The notes: generated by a model from the letters alone, not told the origin. Numbered from the stretch's first letter, positions 37,963 to 50,927 are shown. The stretch is 64,000 nucleotides of DNA from Grus americana (GCF_028858705.1 NC_072852.1:200324471-200388470); one strand, 5' to 3'. A program made the numbers and translations.

Positions 37963-40068
37963 CTGCAAGAAATTTGAAATCATCATTGAGATCTCATGAT
38001 TTAGTGCATTTAAGATCAATACACTGCTGAAAGATAATGTATTCTTCTAAATCTCCAAGTAATGGTCAACTTTTTTTTTGTTTTTGGTGTTAGCAATTTG
38101 GGTGGCAAATGTTAAAAAATAGCATAAGAGAACAATCACCAGAGATATTAAAAACTTAATGACTAAGTTCAAGACCTGTTTAGACAGGGAGAAATCAAAA
38201 ATGTGTTTTCATGCTTAAAGTCATATAATCTCATTCGACATTTTGGGATCTAAATTCAAAGATGTGACGTAAAAAAACCCCATATAACTCTATGGAGCTC
38301 AGAGTCTGTAATATTTGTGATACACTATGAAATATCCAGAAGATAGTTTTAGGATTCTAGGATTCCTGTCACACAGTGAGGAACCTCTGGATTTAAAAAC
38401 TAACTGAGAAGAGGACTTAAGGATCATAATTTTAGATTTAGATACTGAAAGTAGGTAGCACCTGGAAAATAAAAGCATGAAGCCCTGTTTATAAATCAAA
38501 CCTTTATGCTTTTGAGCATAATCTTCAATGCAATAATCTTCAGTCAAGTTTTGAGTTCCTAAATGCTAAAATAATATTGGTAAATAGGACCCAGCCTCTT
38601 CTGTAATTCTGAACACTTTACTCAAACTGTGTGTTTCTTTTATTGAGGATTAGATATATATTATGTCCTAATTTATGAAGCTGCTAAATGAACTTTCTTA
38701 TATGAAGGTTTTTTTGGTTTTGTTTTCTTTTTTTTAAGAACCTTACTTGGACCTTGATCCTTTAACATGCTTCTACTGCAGTTGAAGCTTTTTAAAATTG
38801 ATTTTAGATTAAAATCAGTCAGAGACTGAAAGGGACTAAATATGGTCCAATTCTTGCAATGTCATTATGCTTATTTGTTATATAAGAGTAGAGTAAAGGT
38901 TTTTGGGGAAAATCCTGTGCTTACGATTAGTTAGTTTATGAATTAGTATATAGGTTCTAACATAGATAACTGCTATCGACAAAGAGCAGTCCCCTGGGTT
39001 CAGGTAACAGCAAATTCCCCAGAACTTTACTCAATTGTTTCTGTCACAAAGAACTATAAGGTGGAACTGAGCCATATAAACTATTGTTCTATTAATTTTA
39101 AATGATTTAAAAATTCAGACAAAATGTCAAGTGAAAGCCAGCTACTGAACTTTACTGAAGAGAAACAGAAGTTTGTGTGTTCCAAGCACAGTGCTTCTTC
39201 CATAGTTGAGCAATATATGTTTGGGTACAAGCACTTAGTAATCTGTAGTTGCTAGGTAGGTTTAGACCTTAGCTGCTTAACAGCATGTTTACTCAGTAAA
39301 AATAAACTTGGAGTGACTATATATGTGTAATTGAAGCCCACGTCATTCTTCCCTGTATTAATGATCTAACCATTGATTATTCCATTTCTAGTACCACCTT
39401 CTCTTTAATTTTTCCATATTTACCTATTTTTTAATTTTATTAATCAAAAGAGACAGGGTGCCCAGTTAGAAGCTAATGTCAAGAACATTAAATAGAATTA
39501 TAGGCAAATCTACAGAATAACTTCCCAGGAATACATCTTTTTCACACAACCGAAAGCTAACTAGAGAGGGATGGCAAGTTCTATATGTAATCAAAAGGTG
39601 ACCAGGTATTCTCTCCCACCCTCATCAAGCTTATTCACACAGAAAAAAACCCCATTTGTTTTACTCTGCAGAAACCAAAATTTTACTTCCATGTTTACTT
39701 TCCAGTTATTTTATAAAATGCCTGGAAATAAATACTGAGAAGCAGAGTAAACAAGCCTAGACCCCATATATCTTATTTTAATCACTCCTATAAATAGACA
39801 GGTTTTCACAATTAAAAAACAAAAAAAAACCCAAACAGAAAAATAACCCACCAAAATTGAACAATATGATAATTTTCAGTTGTGGGGTTTTTTTTTTTTT
39901 TTATTTACTTCCATTTCACTCTAGTATAGGTTATGGTAAATATGCCAGTTCTACAATCCCATTAGTGCAATCAACACTGCACAGTAACAGAACCTGGTAA
40001 TTCAGTTCTCTTTAGAGGTATTTTGTGCACTATATCTTGAATGTTACTGGAATTATTGCATAACTCAC

Positions 40069-40229
40069 TTGTAATTGTTTTTTAACACTTGTTGTTTAAC
40101 ATTGAGGAATTCATAACTTGTTGAGTCAACGGCTTCAATCTTGCACCTCAGAGCCCGGTATTTGGTCAATGATGATGGGTTTGGGCACGACATATTTGTT
40201 TCCCGTATATTAAGCATGTCTCTGATTAG
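40069..40229 (-). CDS. PARP4: PARP4 exon: LIRDMLNIRETNMSCPNPSSLTKYRALRCKIEAVDSTSYEFLNVKQQVLKNNY(N).
   Basis: Acceptor ttttctag and donor gtgagt. Matches human LIRDMVNVCETNLSKPNPPSLAKYRALRCKIEHVEQNTEEFLRVRKEVLQNHHSK. Confidence 0.85.
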
Positions 40230-41877
40230 CTAGAAAATAGTCAGAAATTTATGAGTACTTGGTACATTTAATTAAGGAAACATGCAAACCAGACTGAATT
40301 ATATAAAGTTACAGCATAGTAACAATGAAATGGAATACTCAAAAGAACATTTCCACTTGTTAGATACAGTTCGGAACAAGAGCAAATGGCTGTAGAATGC
40401 CATGAAAACAGTTCAGAAGAAAAGGGTATATAAGAAATAGTGTTAAACTGCTTCTGTACAACTCCAGATTAAGCTGTGGATGGAGCCTGCTCTTAACAGC
40501 TCCACAAACCAGTATTTATGCTTGGTTACCATTTTGATTTTGCTTATGAGGTAATCCTTACTTGTTAGAATCTGTCATGTCCCTGATGTCACTATTCAGC
40601 TAGGGCAGTAGCACAAGGCACCCATGTAATTTTCTCAGAGCAGGAGAAAGACGGACATGTAACTTTGAAAAGATTGTACAGTTCACTAAGCCATGGGAAA
40701 GCTTAATGAGACATAGGAATTTTTTTTATATATATCAGAAATATCAAAAGGTTTTAATTATCAAAAGATTTCCAAGTTTAAAGGTACTATTAATATATGT
40801 TCTTTTAGAACAGTAAGGAGCCTCCCTACCTCTCCCCCTTTACATTTTGTAGCTTACAGAAGACTGACTTGTGGATATCAGATACACCAGGAAGAGGTGT
40901 ATCTAGCAGAATCTATGGAATTCACATTATAATTGCAATACAAGGAGAAAATTTGAGTTTTCTCTGTAGTTACAAGAGTGATATAGCTGTCAGAGCCCTG
41001 AAAGCCTCTCACCTCTTCAGAGACTGGCCCTGGCTACTATCACCAGCAGTCACTGTCACCTGCTCTGCTCTTCCTATTTGGGTACCGTGGGACTAAGCCC
41101 CTGCCAGCGGTGTAACTGCCCTGGCCTTGCTCACTTTCACCCACAGCCCCATCCACCTGCCCTTACGGAGCAGCCAGCCCTTGCTGCTGGGCACAGGGGC
41201 TGCATCTGTGCGCACACTCAGCACGCCTCGTCGGCAATTCCCCCGGCAGGCTGAGAATTTCCCAGAGAGTTTCTGCAAAGATAAGACAACTTAGACCAAC
41301 TGATAGATGTTATCTGTTTAGATGTGCTGACTAAGTTCTTGCGCTAACAATCCAGGCAGCCCAGGGAACTCCCCCAAGCACTTTGTGCTGTAGGGACCAA
41401 GCTGTACATAGATTGGTAATTTTAAATAGTCTCTAGAAACTGTTCCTGCATACGCAGGAACGGAAAGGCTACACAGAACAGTCTTTGTATATAGTTAAAA
41501 TAGCTTAGATATATTTTGTGTATAGTTTAAGATAAACAATAGAAATTGATTGTTTATTTCCTGGAGTAGTTGCTAGGGTCAGCTGGATGATAACAACAGT
41601 TCTGTGATTCTCATTTGATCCAGCTGAAGATGCCACCACAACAAGGATTGCAATGGAAACTCCTGTCACTATCTGGACAGCAACTGGTCTTCCCGTTCAA
41701 AACACTGAACTCCCCCCATGAGCGTTACTCTATTTGTAAGATTCCAATAAATTAGTTATTTAAACGGACAGCTTGTGACTAGCTGTGCAAGCATCCTGAC
41801 AATTTATCTAGTGAGCATGTTCAAAACTGGTGTAGCACAGTGCAGATCAGGACTTACTAGCAATCTGGAAAAGTTAC

Positions 41878-42051
41878 CTGACACAGGTCCTGTTTTCTAG
41901 ATAACAGCTTTTTGGAAACTTTATAGTCTACTTCAGTTTTGTGACGTATAACTTGATAGAATTCCATCATCATCTTTTGTAGTGCCACCTCATTAGTTTC
42001 CTCATCCAGTGCATTCTTCACTTGGAGTAAAATACCTTCTGCTTTGCTCAC
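41878..42051 (-). CDS. PARP4: PARP4 exon: VSKAEGILLQVKNALDEETNEVALQKMMMEFYQVIRHKTEVDYKVSKKLLSRKQDLCQ.
   Basis: Acceptor cttcttttaaag and donor gtaact. Matches human VSKAEGILLLVKAALKNGETAEQLQKMMTEFYRLIPHKGTMPKEVNLGLLAKKADLCQ. Confidence 0.85.
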
Positions 42052-43363
42052 CTTTAAAAGAAGAGATTATTAAACTGAAAGGTATTGCAAAATTGCAGAA
42101 AGAATGCAAAGCAATAAATACTCAAAATGGATCATTTAATTCCACACTGAAATAAAACTTTAACTCTTGGTAGTGCAATGCCCACAAAATATTTTCTTGC
42201 AGCTAGGATATGAAAACAGTATGCAAACGTTGGATATTATTCTGCCCTTATACTGAGCTAGATGTAAAGTACCTCAAGCAGAGGTATTTTGAAAATTATT
42301 TATCAAATATTTATAAAATTTCACCTACCTGAAATATGTTAGGAATCTTAATATCCATACAATTGCACCTCATAAAAAGCATTACCACAAACAGCATTTC
42401 CTTTATGTATTTGCTGATTTGTGCAATGTACTTACTACTGTCTCTCAGTATGTGTATACAATATTACCAATGTACTACTTACTCACCAGAACCTACATAA
42501 ATGTGTATTATTTTGCCTTAAAAAGTGAAAGGAATATTCTTCTACCATACAACAGCTGAAGAGCATCAAAAGTGAGTTTTATGTAATACGATTAAGGCAA
42601 AGTCATTCCAGAATTGGGGACCTTCTACTGGCAAAGCTCTTCCAATTTAATACCAACATAACCTTCAGGTAATTTTGCTTTCAGGGATAACAGAGATGAA
42701 CAAAACTCTTGTCTTAAACAGCCATTTTGTTGGCTGTTTGTTAAGTTATATGAATTTAAATTACGTGAATAAACATTATCCTCTTAAATGTCTAGGGAGC
42801 AAAGCAAAAAAATTGAGGTATGTGGGAAAGTGAGACTAAATGAGCCGCAGAGTTAACAAAGGGGTGGACAGGCACGTTACTCTTAATAACAGCTGTAATA
42901 TCCAAAGGCCTTCAGAGTAGCTGGCTGTTAATTACATGTGCCATCTGATAATGCAGACAGGGACTATAATTAAAACTATTTTTCCATTACAAGAGAATGG
43001 CTGACTGAAGTATGGTTGAAACATACTGTGAGGAGACAGTAACCTATTATGCACTGTCTTCTATGACTGTCTTCTTATATGACTTGACTTATCTCATGGA
43101 AGAGATCCTCCCATAAAAATTGTGTAAATTGCTATAAAATGGAAAAGAGCCATCTGCCCTAGGGAACACAGCATGTTTTTAGTGTCATGATTCTGAAGCA
43201 AAATTTGAGATAAAAATTTCTGAAGTATGGATTTGTTGAAGTGCAGGAGTATCAAAAGTGCAATTACCGATCCCAATCTGAAACATAGGCATTTGCTGGG
43301 AAACAAATTACTTCTGACAGCATTCACATATTCATCCTCACAGAGTAACAAGAATTAACTTAC

Positions 43364-43501
43364 ATCATTTAGGCTTATGTTGTTTACCGGTTCAAGTAGT
43401 AAACTATCCAGGTGGCCAATAGCTTCTGCCCAGATCAATTCCACAAAATCACTAACTTCCTGACATATAGCACTTGAATGGATGGCTTCTTCTAGAAGTA
43501 A
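43364..43501 (-). CDS. PARP4: PARP4 exon: LLLEEAIHSSAICQEVSDFVELIWAEAIGHLDSLLLEPVNNISLND.
   Basis: Acceptor tttactacag and donor gtaagt. Matches human LLLEEVMNSSTLSQEVSDLVEMIWAEALGHLEHMLLKPVNRISLND. Confidence 0.8.
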
Positions 43502-44743
43502 CTGTAGTAAAATAAACACAATTCAGCAAAAAGACAAAGATGCAAGTCATGACAGTGAAGTTCTCACTCAGATAATTAAACTTGCCTATTCTCATAAACA
43601 ATACAGTGTACAATGCTCATTTATGCTTAGTATAATTTCTTCAGTCCCACTGAACTGAAGGGAAGGTTTGCTTTTATAAATTCTTTCAACTGGAGAGCAT
43701 GACAGGCCAGATGGCCATGATCTCTCTTGAAAATTGAGACATAAAGTCTTGGAGAAGACAGAAGTTGATTTGCTTAGTGTCTTCAGTACATTGTACTATC
43801 AGGTACACGGACATAATAGTCTGCAGATCCCAGCCACTTCCTTTTTTGCACAGTTGGTAAAAGAACAGATGGTTCAAAATGGCTGGTGTTTTGTAACATC
43901 TCTAACAGATGACACTAGATCTCTAGTTCAGAAAGCTCTGGTGGGAAAGACATTCCTGTGAAAATAAAAAATTGGAGCAACACAGCTACAGGAGAATAGA
44001 AAGGCCATGAAAAGTCAGTGCAATTCATACATGGAAAAGAGTTGTGAAAATAGATTTTCTCATGTTTTTCTGAGGAACATTGTTAAAGCATTTCCCTGAG
44101 CTTTTTCTCACTGTTGTACAACTCCAGAAGCTGCTATTAAACTTGATGCCATTAAACTGTTCTCACACGAGTTTGGACATTCTACATTGCTTGTTTATAT
44201 GGCATCAACCACACAGCTTCTGAGATCACTAAAGGACATATGTGGACCTTTCAACATTGCTGGATGTCATCTATGTGCCAGTTGTGCCCTATAGTAGAGG
44301 CCTACCATGGTAGAAGAGAGAAGCAGATAAAGTACAGTGAGAAAGTAAATGGAAAAAAAAATTCTGTCACACTACAACCATTTTAAATAGCAGTAAAACA
44401 TTGTCTGAAGAGTGCTTTAGGGAGCAGAATCCAACTGCTATTCCCATTGGGGGGGTCCTGTTACTGACTGCAATACGATCTACATCAAGCTTGTGACATC
44501 TGGATAGTCCCTCAAAAAACCAAAACTATAATGAATATGACTACATTTGTTTTTAATGTGTTTAAGTACTTGGAACATTCACTCAATATTCTGGAAAAAA
44601 AATATTTCAAAACACATATAAAGAGTTTCCCTTAACCTATGGCTGTATCACTGTAATCTAGACAATGTTTACCACATTCACAAAATTAGAAACTAAAACA
44701 AATCTTAAGGACAGAAAAGTGTAAACATGAAAGTTGTACAAGC

Positions 44744-44890
44744 CTTTTGCAATTTTATAGAAGCTAGAGATTCTGCTTCTGATGGAAAAGTTTCTCTGAG
44801 CAGGAAATCCTGCTTCTTCAAGTCTGCAATAAAAGTCTCATACTTTTCTCTTATTTCTTCAGAAGTATTATATACGAATTGTTTATTATT
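44744..44890 (-). CDS. PARP4: PARP4 exon: NNKQFVYNTSEEIREKYETFIADLKKQDFLLRETFPSEAESLASIKLQK. The 3' boundary is uncertain (44744 if GC donor; 44740 if GT donor).
   Basis: Acceptor ctatttacag. Matches human RRQFAIKKTSEDASEYFENYIEELKKQGFLLREHFTPEATQLASEQLQA. Only a GC donor (AAG|gcttgt) keeps the frame into the next exon. Confidence 0.6.
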
Positions 44891-45356
44891 CTGTAAATAG
44901 AAAGAGCAAAGTTAGTCAAAGAAACTATATAGAGACTTAAAGAATCAATTTTATCAGATAGTGCTCTAACAGCTGACAATCCATACTTAACCTCTGGGTT
45001 GTGATTTAACAGCCTCCCAACAAGGCAGTGCTTTAATGAGGGTTCATGGGACACAAAGACCAAGCACACAGCTTCAAATACAAACCCCATAGTGACAAGA
45101 TAGGTTCATCTAAATGTATGCTGGAGTAACTTGTTCTGTCAGTTGAACTACTCAAAATTCACCCCGATACAGCTCCTTTGACTTGAATCTAATGTTGTTA
45201 CAATGACACAGACTGCAAGCGCTATACCAGAGTGCACACATAACTCGTATGCTGAGAAATGCATTTAAGCCGCTCTCAAGTCAAGCTTTGCTGGCTCTCA
45301 ATACGATGGCCAGAATATCACTTGCTATAGCATTTCAGCATTTCAACATGTCATCA

Positions 45357-46580
45357 TGGTGGGTGGCCTCCTATGATGGGGTTACAGCATCGGTGGATAA
45401 GGGAAGGGCAACTGACGTCATCTACCTGGACTTGTGCAAGGCATTTGACACTGTCTCGCATGACATCCTTGTCTCTAAATTGGAGAGACATGGATTTGAT
45501 GGATGGACCACTCAGTGGATAAGGAATTGGCTGGATGGTCGCACTCAAAGAGTTGTGGTCAACAGCTCAATGTCCAAGTGGAGAACAGTGATGAGTGGAA
45601 TTCCTCAGGGGTCAGTACTGGGACCGGCACTGTTCAACATCTTTGTCGGCGACATGGACAGTGGGATTGAGTGCACCCTCAGCATGTTTGCCCATGACAC
45701 CAAGCTGCGTGGTGTGGTCGACACTCTGGAGGGAAGGGATGCCATCCAGAGGGACCTGGACAGGCTGGAGAGGTGGGCCCGTGCAAACCACATGAAGTTC
45801 AACAAGGCCAAGTGCAAGGTCCTGCATGTGGGTCGGCGCAATCCCAAGCACAACTACAGGCTGGGCAGGGAATGGATTGAGAGCAGCCCTGAGGAGAAGG
45901 ACTTGGGGGTATTGATTGATGAGAAGCTCAACATGACCCGGCAGTGTGCGCTTGCAGTCCAGAAAGCCAACCGTGTCCTGGGCTGCATCAAAAGAGGCGT
46001 GACCAGCAGGTCGACGGAGGTGATCCTGCCCCTCTACTCTGCTCTCGTGAGACCCCACCTGGGGTACTGCGTCCAGCTCTGGGGGCCCCAGTACAGGAGA
46101 GACATGGAGCCGTTGGAGCGAGTCCAGAGGAGGACCACGAAGCTGATCAGAGGGCTGGAGCACCTCTCCTATGAGGACAGGCTGAGAGAGTTGGGATTGT
46201 TCAGCCTGGAGAAAAGAAGGCTCCAGGGAGATCTAATTGCAGCTTACCAGTACCTGAAGGGGGCCTACAGGAAAGATGGTGAGGGACTGTTTATGAGGGA
46301 GTGTAGTGACAGGACCAGGGGTAATGGGTTTAAGCTGAAGGAGGGTCGATTTAGATTAGATATTAGGAAGAAATTCTTTACTGTTAGAGTGGTGAGGCAC
46401 TGGAACAGGTTGCCCAGCGAGGTTGTGGAGGCCCCATCCCTGGAAGTGTTTAAGACCAGGCTGGATGAGGCTTTGGGCAATGTGGTCTAGTGGAGGGTGT
46501 CCCTGCCCATGGCAGGGGGGTTGGAACTAGATGATCTTTAAGGTCCCTTCCAACCCAAACCATTCTATGATTCTATGATC
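45357..46580 (+). mobile_element. CR1 LINE, 5'-truncated (about 1.2 kb), carrying an uninterrupted RT C-terminal ORF (about 377 codons, 45357-46487, ending at the native stop) followed by the CR1 3'UTR and (ATTCTRTG)2 tail. It is antisense to PARP4, in an intron.
   Basis: Plus ORF 45249-46490: ...[44 protein letters not shown]...[45 protein letters not shown]...[27 protein letters not shown]. It is about 88% amino-acid identical to the other CR1 copy. The 3' end is cattctatgattctatgatc. Confidence 0.9.
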
Positions 46581-47545
46581 ACACAGTTTAGATACTGCCA
46601 GGAAAATATTTGGGAGTATATGAGGTAGGTGCATCCAAGACCATGCTGTGCACTGCCAAGTCCCAAACCAGTTCTTTTGAGCAAGTTGTAAGCAAACACA
46701 CAGAGTAGAGGAGCCAACTACAAATCAAACTTTCAAGATAAAGCTTAAAAGAATGACATCCTATTATCTATACCTAAAGATTAGCCTGCAAATAAGAATG
46801 AAAAGCATCTGAAGCTCTCTGGAAAAGGTATGTTCAACGTGCATAAAGAAACAAACAGGCAATGACAATGAGTGGTTCATACCTTTGTTCCATTTGATGC
46901 ACTGAAGTGAGCATATAGTCGAAATGGAAACTCATAATGCTTTTGGGAACACTGTAATTCAACAACTACAAACTCCTTGCTTTCCTTGGAGTTAATCTAA
47001 ATGGAGAGATAAATAAAGCATCTCAACCCCCAATTTATTGCTTAAGTATGTTTCATTCACATGATACTGCACCAAGTACTTCCCCTTATTTTTTCACTTC
47101 ATTTAAAATGACACGCTATGACTGGCTAAGAAGCAGAATTATTCATTATTTGTATCATAGTAACATGTAGAAGCTCCTCTCAGGGCTTCACTGTACAAAC
47201 TGCTGTACATATCCATAATTTCTGTGTTTTGAAAGACTTTTAATAAAAACATTTAAAATTTAAATTAGATTTAACACGTAATAGCCATGATATATATCTT
47301 GTCAGAAGCAAACATATTCTATTGCAACACTTCGTTGAGAACACTACAGCGATAACAAAAAAGTTTTATTTGGGTAGAATTAGGCTGCACTAAAGACAAA
47401 AAGCATTAAAGTACTTTTCAGTACTTCTCTTTGCATTGCAGTACATGATAACATAGAAGAGATACTGTTGATGTGTATAAAACTGTAAACCCTTTAGTCA
47501 CCTACTAATCCTCCTACATTTTCTCACAATAACAGAAAGACTTAC

Positions 47546-47624
47546 TTTTTCAAGGACACTGTATTTTGCAACTTCAAAATCTTGGTGGAAAAAAAGAGTA
47601 TCTTGATCATCTTTACTGTAAAAT
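47546..47624 (-). CDS. PARP4: PARP4 exon: ...FYSKDDQDTLFFHQDFEVAKYSVLEK(G). The acceptor is 47624 or 47615.
   Basis: Donor gtaagt. DFEVAKYSVLEK matches human DFEVAKYNTLEKV. Confidence 0.65.
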
Positions 47625-49115
47625 CTGGAATGGAATCAGAGTAATTAAAATCACATACGCCCAGTAAATACTGTACTGTAACAGGCTGCAACATCATACT
47701 AAAGAAAGAAGTATGTAAAGAGATACATCTATTTTTCAGCAGCAAAATAACAACAAAAAAAGTTTTGAGAAATGAAATCCCACCCAAACAAGCTGTTGCA
47801 CTAACAGACCAGAATGTCTAGAGATAACCTGAAGATGAAAACTAGATTTCAATCTTCATTCCTTAGAAAAACTATGGAAGCAACACAATAAATCTGTTTT
47901 CATTGCCTGGTTACATGTTAATTTTTTAATAGCTTGGTCAGCTACCTGTGCTGTCTGAGGCCAATTCCTCCCTTATTCCTGATCTTCACATTCGGATATA
48001 TGCATGTAGTTATATGCTTCAGCATCAGGACTCTTAGACCAAGTCTAACTTCTAGTACATTCTCACAGAGTAACTAAATACCTACCCTATGACTGAACAG
48101 CAGTCTCTAAATGTGAAAGCTGCATTTTGTTAATAGATTTAAGAGTGTTGGAGCTGGTTCGGTTCTTTTAACTCAGTAATTAGAAACAGTTATAGCAATA
48201 CTGTTTCCTTATAAACAAAAAGCAGTCTCAGTTATCTTGATTTTCAGCTCTCCCAAGAATTTTCATAAAAGAAATTAATGCTCAGCACTTGTAAACACAA
48301 TGAATCAGACTGCATTGCACAAACCCATGTGAACCAACAAGAGAAAAAAAACTGTGATGATAAACAGGGCTCCAATCAGAAAATCATAAAGCTTAAGCCA
48401 TACTAATGCCTGCTGAGATAGTAGAAGCTTTGCATGTATTAGGGAGCCACATTATGAAGATAATGAGAGCCATCTACAGAAGTCACTGAAACAGATTAGG
48501 AAGTGTTGCTTTTTGTTTTGGGTGTTTTTTTTTTTTTCAATTTACAGAAGTATCAATATAGATGTATCAAAATATATCTTTTATTTTACCCAAGAGTCCC
48601 CACTTTGGACTCAGTTCTGCTCTTATTATCTTCAGTAACAGCAAGGTTGGAATCATTTTCATTTTTCTTTGTGGCATTTTTGTTTTCAGAAGATGACAGG
48701 TCTTCCACATCTGCAACCAAAACATTTATTTACTTGGTATAATATCTGGTTTCTCTAATTTAACTTACAAATAGTTAATAAAAACAATACTACTACTTAA
48801 TATTCATAAATATTTTACACATTGAAACAAGTTAACAGCTTCTAAGGTCACATTTTATTCAGCCATATAACTGTCAGGAGATGGAGACAAATATTGAAGG
48901 GCAATTGCCCCAACTGCCTGACGGCTAGAATTAGTACTGCCCCAGGCTATGCCAGTGCCTACTCCCTGCAGGCACTTCGGCAACCTGACTTCTGTGACAG
49001 GAAGGGGAAAAAGAATTAGGGCATGGAGCTGAGAGCTACACTGTGCGACTTGACCACAAAGCCTGAGAACTGTTCCTCCGTGGCTCACGATGGTTTTGGG
49101 CATTTTTGGTTGGTT

Positions 49116-49662
49116 GGTTGTGGTGTGGTTTAACCTGGCAGGACACAGCCGTTCGCTCACTCCCCCGCACAGTGGGATGGAGGAGAGAATCAGGAAAAAA
49201 AAGATAAAACTCATGGGTTGAGATGAAGACAGTTTAATATGACAGAAAAGGAAGATGATAATGATGATGATAATAATAAATAGAATATACAAAACTAGTG
49301 ATGCACAGCACAATTGCTCACCACTGTCAGACCATTGATGCCCAGCTAGTTTCTGTGCTGTGGTTCAAACCCCTGGCCAGCTTCCCCCAAATTATATATT
49401 GAGCATGACATCATATGGTATGGAATATCCCTTTGGCCAGTTTGGGTCAGCTGTCCTGCCCACGTCCCCTCCCAGCTTCTTGTGCACTCCCAGTCTACTC
49501 GCTGGGGCAGTGAGAGAAGCTGAAAAGTCCTTGACCTAGTGTAAACATTGCCTAGCAACGACCAGTTGTGTTATCAATGTTATTCTCATCCTAAATCCAA
49601 AACACAGCACTATACCTGCTACTAGGAAGAAAACTAACTCAATCCCTGCCAAAACCACGACA
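49116..49662 (+). mobile_element. Solo-LTR-like element (about 545 bp, TG...CA termini), copy A of a two-member family in this window. Probably an endogenous-retrovirus-derived LTR. It lies in a PARP4 intron and is followed by a (T)23 run at 49677-49699.
   Basis: About 80-85% identical over its full length to 53517-54047. It begins tgtggtttaacc and ends ...ccaaaaccacgaca. Internal shared blocks include atggaatatccctttggccagtttgggtcagctgtcctg and tccaaaacacagcactatac. Confidence 0.55.
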
Positions 49663-50731
49663 GGCTGGTTTGCCTCTTTTTTTTTTTTTTTTTTTTTTTA
49701 GTTCTATAAATATAGTATATGAATGCAGTTTTACTTTTAGCTTAAAACTATTTAGGATTGCTACTGACTGGATCTACCCAGCTTCAGTCATGCATGCCCG
49801 TGGCATCGGCTGTGCAAAACCAGATTTGTCTAAAAGACTCAATGACACAGCAAACATAAATGCATTGGTCCTGATTCTTATTCTTATACATAGTTCTGAA
49901 AATTGCACTGATTCATGACATAGAATCAGTTCATAAAATAAAATGTATTATGTAAAAAGTAACTACTTTTAAAAATACTTAAAGGAGAGACTGGCACCCA
50001 GCAAAATCTAAGAGATGCAAAAGTAAAAAAATTAAAAAGCATAGTTACTAGGAAAAAAGAAGAGAATTAAAACACTAATAACTTTCAGGATGATAATTTT
50101 TTTTGCTGACTGTACACATTAAATAGAATTATCTTTCTCTTTTTCATGTTCTTTGGCTTGTCTCACAGCATTAAATTGAACATTTGTCTTTTTTCCTTCT
50201 ACAAAGTTATAGTCTTTTGCATCTGAACCATGTTACGTATCGGAATGCTTGAAGTTCATCTATTTTAATTATGTTGTGCAATTATTTCTAGCCCATGTTA
50301 ACCTGTTCTCTAGCTATCCTATTTTCTCATAATTTTGACTTCAAAACATAACACTTCCTCATACAAAGGCATTGAAAACCCACTGTATTCTGTTGAAATT
50401 AAGTAAAACTTCCAGGTTACTGTAATTTTTTTTCCAGTGGAGTCAAATAAAGACAGTCATTGAAGTAGGTTTTGTTATTTTTAATATTTTATCCCCCTTT
50501 CCAACTTGAAGTCTTATTTGAAGTTTCATTAAAAGAAAAAAAAAAATCAATGGAAAGACTCCACAGAATGGAACTAATATTTCTTTCTGAAAAATTCTAA
50601 TTTTTTAATTAACTTTATTGCCAGTCTCCATGGTTGCTGATTTCTTAAAAGCTGATTCTAAATATTGATCTTCAAAAACATTCTTTCCCAAAGTAACTGG
50701 TAGATGAATAAACTATGTCAAATATACCTAC

Positions 50732-50927
50732 CCTGGCTGGCTGGCCTTTGGTCAGAAGTGTCGTCTTGTGATATATTAACCTTATATGCATCAATCTGTA
50801 AAAGCTTCCCCTTTTCAACTGATTTCCAAATGAAATCTGCACATATAACAGGGAGCTGATACTTCTGAATATTTTTTAGATCACGACAGCTGAGGACATC
50901 AGCAGTATCCACAAGAACATGTGTACT
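50732..50927 (-). CDS. PARP4: PARP4 exon: STHVLVDTADVLSCRDLKNIQKYQLPVICADFIWKSVEKGKLLQIDAYKVNISQDDTSDQRPASQ(G). The donor is at 50732 (gtaggt) or 50728 (gtatat).
   Basis: Acceptor ttgtctttcag. Matches human CTHIILDNADVLSQYQLNSIQKNHVHIANPDFIWKSIREKRLLDVKNYDPYKPLDITPPPDQKAS. Confidence 0.8.

Noticed and set aside
45249-45356. N-terminal extension ([38 protein letters not shown]) of the 413-aa plus-strand ORF.
   Set aside because: Homology to CR1 ORF2 begins only at about 45357. The upstream part is read-through into flanking intron sequence, not part of the element or of any gene.
48855-49313. 152-aa minus-strand ORF.
   Set aside because: It lies within and beside the solo-LTR-like element. 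It includes a poly-Ile stretch from an A/T microsatellite and has no homology or splice context.
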